From Takakia lepidozioides (taxonomy: Eukaryota; Plantae; Bryophyta): 64,000 bases of DNA. Shown in pieces: positions 11,540 to 22,955 of this stretch; the first letter of the stretch is position 1, and each line of letters opens with the position of its first letter. The position numbers and the translations under genes are program-made. Below the pieces are notes generated by a model. That model worked only from the letters and a program-made list of their open reading frames with translations, searched no databases and had not been told where the DNA came from. The stretch lies in NCBI GenBank assembly GCA_030704615.1, contig CM060734.1, positions 47,306,001 to 47,370,000 on the forward strand. The letters run 5' to 3'.

Positions 11540-12751
11540 GAAAGTTGAAGGTCTATGTGTTAACTAAAGGCAGACTGTGTTTCAGGGATGTTTTTATCCT
11601 CTATTTGAATTTAATCTTGTTTGATTGATCCTGCAGGTTTGTGCGTTTTATCTGGTATTGCAAGGGCTTGATACAGTTGGTAAGCATTTTCTTTTAACAG
11701 AGGGCGGTTTTGTTTAGCCTGGTTTTCTTAATGTAGGAGCATTTCCCCATTTGAGGGTCCTGTCAATAGAAGGTTGGACTTGTGACCAATAATTTGTATT
11801 CTAGAACTTTAACACAAAGTCTGTCATATACTGAAATCGAATTTGATGAAACTGTGGGAGGAAGATTTATTTACCTGGCGATGATGCAAAGATGGTTGCA
11901 GCCAGACCAAATAACAACTTTAGTGGTGCACAGACATGTGGTTTGCCCGGAAGAGGTTGACTGGCAGCACGAGGGTGAATTCCATTGCCCTCGTTGGCAG
12001 GGGATGTACATCCTTCAAGCGTCTTCCATATTGAAGGTTATGTGTCAACAATGTGTATTCAGTGCAACAAAAACAACAGCTCGCACATGAACTTTGTCAA
12101 ATTCTTTGCCAACTTCGCCCTTCCTTCATCAAGGTATTTGGTATTCCAGCCAGGACGTCAAAAACTTAGAGCTTGGCTGAAGAAAAAAAACAATCAAGAA
12201 CTAGGGGATTAGAAAGTATGTTCTGAATGGGGAGGGTGGTGGTTGATTGTTGCACATGTTAATTCATTTTTGTCGAGGTATTTGAGAATGGATATGGATG
12301 CAAGCTTAAAAGGGGAGAGCTGCCACATCTTCTAAGCGGACTTTGACTTGACAAGCAGGTAGGGCAGCGCTGTCAGTGAGGCCTGATATATGCCCACCAG
12401 CGTATGTGGACGAGTTCGCTGTACTGCAGGTAAGCAACATTTGAGTTCCATTCATGTTTAGAGTTTTGTCCATAGTGGTTCAGTTTCTCCTAGTTATTCT
12501 TCCTTGCATCTAACTAGATGTTCTTTCTGCTCCAATGTCTGGCAATCTATGAGTGGTTGAGTACCCATGTTCAGGAACTCGTTATGTTTCGGATTACTGA
12601 CAACATCACTCCGACACCATCCGATAGTTGAAGTGTCAAGTCACGACAAACACATTACTTGAGGGATCAGCTGCCATCCAGCGGAAACCTGGGCCATTTT
12701 GAGTAATCACTTGACCTCCTCTTCCCCTAGGAAGTCCAGACTCCACGAAGA

Positions 12752-15634
12752 ATGTCGGAGGAAGAATATCCTCAACCGCAACCTGGGTGGACCATTCACC
12801 AAGCCCTACTAAAGGAGATATATCTTTACCAGGGACTGGGATCACCATGCCACCTAGTGGAACTCCAAGATTATATGCTTAGGCAACTCTTTGGAGGTAT
12901 AGCAACTGAACATGATGTACCTGAAAGATTCGACAACCTGAGCATTGGAAAGCTTTTGAGTCATTTGCCTCATGACTCGGATGGTTACTTGGATGGATTT
13001 AAGGCCCCCACGAGCTGGAAGACAATGATGGATCTGTATATTGAACTGGGGGCGGTAGAGACAAACAGATGGCGGATGTGTGTGGGAACTGAAGCCTATC
13101 CACATGAGGTTGAAGTCATTAGGCCTAGCACCGAAGATGCCTATGAAACTGGGCATGTGCAACAGTGTGATTGTGACCTGCCAAGAAATAGACGGGAATG
13201 CACAAATTGTGTGGAGAGATGTAGGCGATGTATGATGATGAGGAAAGAGATGGTGGCTTTTGATTATTTACCGTTTGCTCCTCAATTTGCACTTCTTATG
13301 CGGTCAAGAAGCCATTCGTATGCGATGCTGGCCATGTGGAGAGCTCGAGATCAGTGGTTGGGTAAGGGTGTTGGGGACGTGCCTACCACCATAAAGGACT
13401 TTTGGGATGGAGTGAAGTTGCGTGCCTATCAGCAATTTTGGGATCCGGAGTCACAATGGGAACTACCTGTCCTTTGCAGGAATCCACAATGTGGGCAGAG
13501 CTACAAAGCATTTCCAGGAAGGTGCGAGGTATTGGAGGGTGCATGGGATCCACATAGAATGCTATATGATTTTGAATGTACGCGTTGTAGACAGCCAATC
13601 CTCGCTCGCAGAGTAATGGTGAAATGAGATCCGAGAAATATTGCAATCATGGCCCACTGGGATGGGTTCTCATCCACTCGACACACGAATCGTGGGTTGT
13701 AGAGGTGAAAATCTTGAATGTAGACAAAGATAGTGATTTAGGTCTCCTTCCTATTCTTTTCATCCCTTTGGACTCTATTCACGACGGACTTTTGGATAGA
13801 GTCAAAAATTCTAAGATTGCTTTCTTGAAGCCGTTAATTGAGGAATTGCAAGGTTCCTTCTTAGATGGATTTGAAGCACCTATTTCATACCCTCCTCATC
13901 TAATCTCTCCTCATCTACCAGATGAGGAGATGACCACCACTTTGAGGGTGATCCTCATGCTATTTGCAGGGGACCACCCTGCCCAATGTAGCATTGGGAT
14001 GGTCAAACAATCAGGCAAATCTGGATGTAGACGATGTATCATGCAATCGACAGCCCGTGATGGGAGGTATGTTTACGATGGGAACAAGAGACAATTACTA
14101 AATCCACCACCAAGACGCACATCTGAAGCATTGTACACCAGTGTGCGAGCATGGAAGCGTGCATCTTCAGAAGAAGAGAAACGTCAAATTCTGCAAAAGG
14201 GGGGCATATCGGGAGAGTCTGCTCTTTGGACTTTATACCATTTATATGGGTTTGATATAAGCCAGGACTTGACTTACGATGTAATGCATATTGCCAGTTT
14301 GAACTTGTTCAAGTCTTTCATATCAAAATTATTTCTGGAGCTTCAAGGTGATGCCAATGCTCTTCAGGATGTGGCCAAAGTGTGTAAGGCAGTAAGCGCA
14401 GCCTTATGAGCTTAGAAATGGTCGGTGGCCTTACAAGCCTGTGGATAATCACAATTCATTCTTGGGTGAGGAACACCAGCATTTTATTCAATGGATGTTA
14501 CCAAGCATTCTAAATGTTCTCCAGGGGCGGATCAGCGAGGAGCGGAGAGTTCTTGGACTCATCATGATTGACATTGCCCACTTCTTGTTCAATTATTGCA
14601 GGAGATGGGGTTGGACATCAGAGGTCCTTAACATTGTTCGGACCTTATTTGCCACTTGGAGAGTCTGCTCAGAGGAATTGGATGGTCCCAATGGAGCTCC
14701 CTTAGAGCATGTGGCCAGTGCAGGGCACATCCTTGAGGATGTGGTACGATTTGGGCCTCATGAATTGTACTGGTGTTTCCCATACGAGAGAGAGATTACT
14801 CGCTACCATCGAATCAATACAAATAGAAAACAAATGGAAGTTTCATTCATCAAGTACTATTCCCGCCGTTTGTTCACACAAGTTCAAGGTCATGTCTTCT
14901 TGGACAGAGATGGTATGCAGGGAGCCCAAAGGGATATTCTTGCAATTCATGCAGTGTTTATGTTCCCGGAAGGTGCTTTTTTCGAGGTTGGCAGAGATAT
15001 TGCTTGTCAAGCATGGCATTTGAAGTGCGTGTTGAAGGTCACTTCTATCCAAAAAGCGCTTGAGTTATGGAAAAGGCTCAAAGCCTTGGAAGGCATGACA
15101 TGCCTGCAATTGATGAGAAGGAAAGGAATACTACTTGGTAGGAAGAATGACAAGGACCTCCTCGTAAATATGGATGAACATACACACACGTATCTACAAG
15201 AGCACTTGATGCAGACTGGAGTCTTAGGCGCCTGGAATGTGGGATCTTTTCACACAACCATCAAACTGTACAATTCAGTGTTGCTCAGAGGAATTCTCTA
15301 CAAGTGTGAGGACAATGTGGTTGTTCAGGAGAATGTGGAGCATTCGACACCATACAAAGCAAAGGTCAAAAGCATATTCTCCTATGATTTTGGAGAAGAG
15401 ATTCATTTGTTTTTCGCTGCTGATTACTATCTGCATTTGCAAGATGCCCGAGGCCATATGATGGTTGACATGGTTGACAGGGGTACTGGAATGCACGTGA
15501 TAGTGACCAACTGCATGGTCCAATTTGACCACACATGCATTCGACCATTGATTTTCATACAACATAAGTTCATGCTAATTCCTTCCATCCATGGACCAAA
15601 TCACAGTGTGGCTTATGAAATGCAAGACAAATAG
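12752..15634 (+). pseudogene. EnSpm/CACTA-type (TnpD/Tnp2-like) DDE transposase with C-terminal BAH-like segment
   Basis: DPRNIAIMAHWDGF reads on after the TGA at 13625. Also FAGDHPAQ...GCRRC, YDVMHIASLNL and FGPHELYWCFPYERE. Stop at 13625, frameshift near 13680, and a break near 14407. Confidence 0.85.
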
Positions 15635-17019
15635 CCACGGAGCGTGCAAGTTGCTGCACATGGGGTACTATAGAAACCGCATTTTCGGGTCATCTCATGG
15701 TAGTTTTGCCCTTTGCAGCTATGCAGAAATGTACAGAGATGTGAGGGCAGCAGTGGACCTTTGCCAAGGAGATGGCACGCTGAAGCAGGCTGTCGCTCAG
15801 AACCCCAAAGCAATACATAAGTCATAGAGATGAAATTAGAAGGGCATGTTTGGACTTCACCTCACATGCAGTTTACCCATGGTTGATGTGAGCAGCTATC
15901 CAGGATTCCCTTGACTTGATTTTAGACTTTCCAATATGCTTCCGATATGGTATGTTTTGTTTGTAGTGTGCGAAGCGCAGACTCAGTAGCCTTAGATGGA
16001 ACTGCAGACATGTGTGAAGAGGGATCAAAAGACGCTACCCGTATTTGTTCCTTGAGGTTTTTCCCCCTTTTTGTAATGGGCTCCGAGTAATAGGGTTGTT
16101 TTCCCATTTGAGGGTTTTTCCTCCTACTTTGTGTTTTTTTTCCCCGTTGAGTAAAATAGTCCTTCAATAAAGTAATTGGCCAACGCCTTTTATTAATTTT
16201 CTTAAAAAGTAGGCCTTCAGCTTTTTTCTTTTTCAGTTTATCCCCCGTGAATTTCATTACTCGTGGTTTTTTTGCCCGGAAAATACCCCCCATGTTGGTT
16301 TTTTCCCAAAGGGTGTATGATGTTTTTAGCACATTGAATTTACTTTAATGAAAATGCCGATGTGCCACATTCTCGAAGTGGAGAAATATTAGCAAATTTG
16401 TTCATGCACAGTGGAGAATTTAATTCACCAACTGGACGAGCATCAACACCTGGAGAAATGGGGCATATGTCTAGTTTCACGATACGGTGATCTGACCAAA
16501 CCTCCCTGTGGGAGCAAACATAATTCATTTGGACCCAAAACCACAATTTTGCACTCCAAACTTCATTTGTGTTCAATTTCATGCACTCTTCATAAAGAGT
16601 TCTGCAATAGTGAGCGAAGAGAACACTTTTTTTTTGGGGCATTTTTGATTGGTCCAAATTTTGGCGGGGGAGTAGCGGTGGGATGCTTGAAGCCGCAGAA
16701 CAAAATTGAGCCAAAAAAAAAATCGATGCGTGCCAGAAACCCCCAATGAAAGGCAGTGCAAACCTATTTATTGGCTTAAAATTAATTAAATTCAATTAAA
16801 TTGTGGAATGGCTTGAGGGGTGAGCGCGTCGATGGGGAGGCAATGATTTATTCGTCTAATGTGTCTCCGCACATGTGTCGCACACGTGTTCCAGCACATG
16901 GGGGCAAAAGAGGGGCTTCAACCACATCCGTTCAATGGGTACAATAGTCGTGCACGCATTGCAGGATCTTTTTTTCGCATTGAACAAAAACCAGATGACA
17001 AGTGAACGCCTCATTGGAC

Positions 17020-17430
17020 AATTGAACGAATTTTGATTGATCTCGTATTACACTGGGACGTATCAGAGGGTACATTGAACACACTGGCCAAGTTTCAAAG
17101 CGAACAAAAATCATTTGGATGGGCAACCATCCGTTGGCCCATTGAACGAATTTCGATTGATCTCATATTACTCTGGGGCCTCTTACATGGCACATTAAAC
17201 ATAGTGGCCAAGTCTCAAAGCAAACCAAAATCATTTTGATGGCCAACCATCCGTTGAGCCATCGAATGAATTTCGATTGATTTCATATTAATCCGGGACC
17301 TGATACATGGTATGTTGAACATAGTGGCACAGATTGAAAGCAAACGAAAATCATTTGGATGGGCAACCATTCAATCGCCCATTGAATGAATGAGATTTCG
17401 TCTTTGATTATACTGGGACCTGTTACATGG
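17020..17430. repeat. 120-bp tandem repeat, about 3.4 diverged copies
   Basis: ATTGAACGAA-like starts at 17021, 17141, 17261 and 17381. Confidence 0.85.
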
Positions 17431-17449
17431 TTGTGTCATTTGAAGTTTT

Positions 17450-17740
17450 TTTTGTAGTGTCTCCTGTTTCGTAATGCGGTGCTTCTCCATGTCCACTTTA
17501 TCCAATATGTTGATGTTTTCCACCTGGAACAGATCCACACATGTGTGCAGAAATCCTTAAATAAGCAAATGACCATCTCCACTTTTATAAGCCTCATCCC
17601 CAGCTTTCAGTTTTGATGGTCATTTAATTTTTTAAGTCTTTATATACGCATGTGTGGATATGTTCCAGATGGAAAATATGAACGTTGGAAAAATAAGAGT
17701 TAGAGAAGCACCTCATTACGAAGCAAGAGACATTACAGAA
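17450..17740. repeat. Imperfect inverted repeat (MITE-like foldback)
   Basis: TTCGTAATGCGGTGCTTCTC...CTGGAACAGATCCACACATG is mirrored by CATGTGTGGATATGTTCCAG...GAGAAGCACCTCATTACGAA. Confidence 0.7.
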
Positions 17741-18479
17741 GATCTCAGCATGTTGAACATCTGGATGAAGAACCTTACCCATCGTCGCTTCAAAGTTCAA
17801 GCGCTTATGAAATGATCACATGTTTGTCGGTGAAAGTTCATCTCGTAGGCCACATTGATCTCGTACCCATCGAAGACTCCCGTAGGCCACATAGAACGGT
17901 TCATGTGATACATTTTCACAAATGCGATGTGATACATTTGTGAAATGGTATCACATCAACCGTTTAATGTGGCCAATGCACCTCTTCCGCACCATGGCGG
18001 AAATGTTCGTCAGTTGAAAGCACAAACACAAATAATCCGTGCAAACAATCTCAAGAATCATATGTACTGCAAGGTGTTTCATACTGCCGATGTTCATGTA
18101 GCTGAATTATTTATGAATCGTTTTGCTACTCCCATGCCAACAACATCAGGTCCACTGCGACTGCCATATTCCGAATTCCGTATCAGCCACCACAGACATG
18201 AAACCAGGAATTTCGCACAAAATCTCCAATTCATTCAATTTATGGTGGTCCGTGGCTGATACGTTCGTTTGAACATGACAGTCTCAGAGGACGTTGGCGA
18301 GGGAATAGCAAAAAGAGTACTACAGAATTCAGTTAGAGGAACAACAATAGCATGAAACACCTTACCGTAAATATGATTGTTGACATTGGTTGTGACAGCT
18401 CTAATCAATAGAGAACTCGCACCATCAGTTGCGCTCCAGCAGCAGTACCGGTCCCCCGAGTAAATAAAGTTCCGTTGTA

Positions 18480-18985
18480 AATAATAAATTGCATACGCTC
18501 GAACCTCACAGATGTCATTTCAACAAAATCGGCCGTGTATTGTGGCACTGTTTGTAACTTCGAATGTTTCAATGTTTCTGACATGGTATTGAGAAAATGA
18601 TATATTGGTTCCCTAGGAGTTAGACAACAAACGTTCCATATCTCATTCAAATGTCGACACTACCATGAGTGGTGTGGATAAAAAAATAATAGGTGTATAT
18701 GCGACCTCCGGACATTCAAGTAGACCATTCGTTGGACCTAGTATCAAACGTTCGGACTTCGGAGGTCGCATGTGCACCCATTACTTTCCGATCCATGCAG
18801 CCTCTCATGGTAGTGTCGCACAGTTGAATGAGATATGAGACGTTTGTTGTCTAACTCCTACGGAATTAATATATCGTTTTCTCATAACCCTATCCGAAAC
18901 CTTGGAACATTACAAATATAAACTGTGAACTAGTACACAAACCATTTATGTGCGAGGGTCGAGCATATGCAATGTAATATTTACA
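18480..18985. repeat. Long imperfect inverted repeat (arms about 230 bp)
   Basis: TAGGAGTTAGACAACAAACGT...CACTACCATGAG...GCGACCTCCG is mirrored by CGGAGGTCGC...CTCATGGTAGTG...ACGTTTGTTGTCTAACTCCTA. Confidence 0.85.
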
Positions 18986-19199
18986 ATGAGATTTTATTTA
19001 TTACATGCACAATCAAAATTGAGTTATGTTTTCATAAAAGAACCATTGTACCGCCACAAATCTCATATCTACGAGACTATGGTCTACTCCGTCCTATATA
19101 CGTCTTTCGGCTCAGGCCAATTGAATGACTTGCCTATGAACCGAAGTACTACATGGGCTAATGTGACTCTCTCATTCTTGTTGTTGTCGTACAACCTTT

Positions 19200-20270
19200 G
19201 TAGCATTGAGTGCTAACAACCTCCCGTAAATTGGTTCTCGAACATATTTTCATCATAATGAGCGCCGCCATTTATTCATATCGCTATCTTCCCAACGGCA
19301 AAGGCCTCCGACGTCATGTCCCTGGGGGAAGGGGGGGGGGGGGGGAGGGGGGTGGCATTCGCATTGAAAACTGATGCAATATCTTTTTCCACCCACCATC
19401 TTTTTGCGAGTTCTCGGTCCAGCTTGTCTTGGTTTTCAAACTAGTACGGCGAGGCTTTGCGTATGCCTAATGGGGTGGCTAAGCCCCAATCATACACCCC
19501 AATCTTGATCTCCTTGGTGTCATCTGGAAAATGCAACAAGATGTTGTCGAGGGACAAGTCGTTGTGCAGGAAACCGTTCTTGTGGACAACATCCATGATG
19601 CACACCAGTGCCCATGCAAGTTTACTGCGCATTTTTTGGAAACGAAGCAAGCGATCGAATTCCTGGAACTTCCCCTCTGTTCCAAAATCACCCCGTTGTT
19701 CGAATCGTTGCCCCATTTTCTATCAAGGTTCATCATGTCGCGTATTGTCCCCCCATTCCACCAGCGAGTGTAACCCTCTACCTCACGTGCATTCACAGCA
19801 AAATATGAGATGACACCCGGATGTTGGAACTTCACTGCCAACACGCCGCATTAACTCAGCTTTGGCGGAGGGCACTCGACCCTCGGTTGCTCTACCCTTC
19901 CATGTCTTCAGTAGCTACCTCAAATTCCACGTGGAGTCTTTTGCTTTGCTTTGGATCCACCGATTGAACTTCGGTTTGTCCCTGTCCGCCGTCCACTTAG
20001 CCCCCGCCAAAACGTTTGTCATTTTCCTCTCCATATTTTGCTAAAAAATCTGAAACCCCTCCCATCCATGCCTGACATAAGCACTCTCCAGCCTCATCAT
20101 GTCCATACCCTTGAAATAATCCACTACCACTTCTTTCACTCTATCCAAGGCATACGGTCTTGGATAGTCTGACTTGTTGATCTGGCTATCCCGCTCATGG
20201 GCACGTTTTCTCTTCTTCCGACCCCCAGACGACCCCGCCCCAGAACTGGAATTCACAACCCCTGACATTG
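19200..20270 (-). pseudogene. Divergent protein kinase (frameshifted), transposon cargo
   Basis: Across frames: Gly-rich GGG*VDGGQG, QHPGVISY, LHNDLSLDNILL, YDWGLAT, RWWV and SEAFAVGKIA. N-terminal NLS-like RKKRKR. Confidence 0.75.
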
Positions 20271-20899
20271 TATAAACCTTTGCCCACTCCAGGGTCCAAA
20301 ACCTCAGAAAACGGCAATGGACGCGTGTGGATGGTGTCTTCGTAGTTTCTGCAAAAAAAACAGGCCGCCGGAGATCCGAAAACGGCAAAATGGTGATACG
20401 ATGATTGAACCGTGAACAAGGGTGTTGGACTGACCAATAGAAAACCGACAAAACCTCTCTCCCCAACCTTCCCAAATAATCACCTTTGCACCTCCCATTG
20501 GAAGTGCCGAGCAACGAAGTCCGAAAGGACTACAGGATGCGAAAGAACCGCACCACGAGAAGGGCAAAAGTGATCAGAAAAGGAGGGGGGAATGGTTTGT
20601 ATAGGCGCCCACCAGCCCCCCCCCCCCCCCCCAAAAAAAAAATGACATTATGCTTGAAAAAGAGCAACAGGCCAGTGGCGCCTCGCCACGTGTCCGCACG
20701 GCACGACTGGCCAGTCGCACCTCGCCACGCGCACCCACATGGGAGAGGTCAAGGGTTCAAAACCACCTTCCCCTATCCCGTTTGTTTTGTTTTTCCTGAC
20801 CCGTGGCACCTCGCCACGTGGCTGGCCAGGCACTGCTTCAATTTAAAAAAAAAAAAAAAAACGCCCACGGTGGTCCCTGGATTTCTAAGAAAAAAAAAA

Positions 20900-21750
20900 A
20901 AAACGTGACCGTCGCTAAACAAGAAGAGCGACCATCGTTGTTTTTAAAAAAAATATATATTAAATAAGCGACTGCCTACTGGCGGTCGCTTAATTCAAGA
21001 TTCAAAATATAAATAAGCGACCACCGCTAAATGGTGGTCGCATCATTTAAAAAAATATGTTAAGTAAGCGACCGCCAAACGGCGGTCGCTTAATTTAAGA
21101 ATCAAAATCAAATCGAGCAACCGCCTCCAAATGAAGGTCGCTGTATTCTTTATTAACAAAAATAGCAAACGGCCGCCAAATGGCGGTCGCTGCATTTTTC
21201 AAAAATTTACTGAAGAAGCGACCGCCAAACGGCGGTCGCTTTATTTAAGAATAAATAAAAATGAGTGATCGCTACTAAATGGCGGTCGCTAAATTAAATA
21301 AATAAATAAATATAGCGACCGCCACATGGCGTCGCTAAATTAAATAAATAAATAAATATAGCGACCGCCACATGGCGGTCGCTGTATTTTTACAGAATAT
21401 ATCAAAGATATAATAATAACAATATAATAAAGTGCAAGCGACTGCCAATCTAGGCGGTCGGTTCATTTAAAACATAATAAACTTCAACCGACTGCCAATA
21501 TAGGCGGCCACTTATTTTAAAATATAATAAAATACAAACGACCGCCAATATGGGCGGTCGCTTCATTTAAAAATAAATAAATTACCGGCGACCGCCAATA
21601 TAGGCGGTCGCTTAATTTAACAAAATATTAAATTACAAGCGACCGCTAATATGGACGGTCGCTTTTATTTAAAAAATAATAAGCTCGCTCCCACGTTTCA
21701 TTTAAAATAAATAAATAAATATGCGACCGCCAATATAGGCGGACATATTT
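20900..21750. repeat. Subterminal repeat array of AGCGACCGCC-n3..6-GGCGGTCGCT palindromes in AT-rich spacers
   Basis: About 15 copies at roughly 50-55 bp spacing, e.g. AAGCGACCGCCAAACGGCGGTCGCTT at 21066. Confidence 0.9.
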
Positions 21751-21956
21751 TAAAAAAGAATTAATAAATATTAATAATTGGTCACGTCTGTTTTACACCG
21801 TGGCTGCCATATCATTAGAAAGGGTAGAAGTAAATCGTAAAAGTCAAATGTGAAAAAATTACATGGATAAACGTCCGGATTGGACGTGACGTGACGTATG
21901 TCGGACGAGACGGCCGACGTGTCAACGCCACGTCACGTCAGGAATGATAACTAGGG

Positions 21957-22760
21957 TTGTTGTGTCTACTACAGAGGCTGAATACATGGCAGCTGCCCAA
22001 GCTGCAAAGGAGGCGATGTGGTTGCGAACGCTCTTGAATGATCTGAACTTCATTCAGGTGAAAGCAACCCCGATCAAGAGCGATAACCAAGGTAACCTTT
22101 CTTTGATTAAAAACCCAGTCTTTCATGCTCGAACCAAGTATGTTAATATTTAGCATCATTTTGTCAGGGAGCAAGTCCTTGCGCAAAATATTGTCTTTCA
22201 TTATTGTAAGACAGAGGAGCTGGCATCTGACATTTTGAAGAAAGGTGTTCTAAGACCGAAGTTGGAACAATGCAGAATACAGCTAGGGTTATGTGAACAG
22301 TGAAGATTCATAAAGTGAGAGACAGTTTGTTCACTTCAATGTAACTGATGCTCCCTGAATAGCTGCTTGGATATTGCTAGATACTTTTGCTATTCATGTC
22401 ATGACAGATAGAGAAAAGGCAGAGGAGTGCAGATAGAAATAGCACTAGGACTTCAAATAGAATTGAGGTTTGTGTATTTAAGAAGGCACTTCAGGCATTG
22501 AATAAAATCTCTTTCAATCTCTCTCTGGAATAAAGTGTGTCTCTCCAGAAACCTATCTTTGTCTCTGTTTCTATATAGTTAGCATAGTTGTATGCTAGAC
22601 TACTCATTGTCTTTCCTCCTGTGAAAATCCCGAAGTTAAGTCATCATGAGTTATGGTGCAACCAGCTCTAAGAAGAATTTAGGTCAACAACCGACTGATG
22701 GGACTGCTGTGCAGTTTGTGGACTTAGATGTACTGCCACCCTATAATTGTTCTTTCAACA
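21957..22760 (+). mobile_element. Ty1/copia 3' remnant (RNase H + probable 3' LTR)
   Basis: VSTTEAEYMAAAQAAKEAMWLR...SDNQG...KNPVFHARTKY. Downstream sequence ends in TTTCAACA at 22760. Confidence 0.85.
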
Positions 22761-22955
22761 CAATATGAAGGATAAGTGCAATCGTGTCAAGTTGGCACCA
22801 ATTTGTTTATAAGCGGTTCATCTTAATTAACTAACTCTGCTGTGGAATCAATCTTTGTAATCGATGTGTCAATAAAGTGGGACTCGTACTACAACAATTG
22901 AGGAGTCGGTGTGCAACTTCTCTAGTGAGACATGCGTTTGGACCAGTGTTTGGAC

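Larger units (their letters stand above)
1..21956 (+). mobile_element. Giant CMC/EnSpm (CACTA-like) DNA transposon; left end lies outside the window
   Basis: EnSpm-type transposase at 12752-15634 and an array of palindromic subterminal repeats at 20900-21750. The sequence ends ...GATAACTAGGG (minus strand CCCTAG, fits the CMCWR terminal consensus) directly against a truncated copia RNase H. Including 1-12000 in the same element is an inference. Confidence 0.6.

Noticed and set aside
15922-16810. Lys/Phe-rich ORFs downstream of the transposase
   Set aside because: Homopolymer-rich sequence that looks like low-quality consensus or decay; no motifs.
20900-21750. CRISPR-like repeat-spacer pattern
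   Set aside because: Repeats are degenerate, spacers are related poly-A/T tracts, and the position next to a transposon end fits subterminal repeats.
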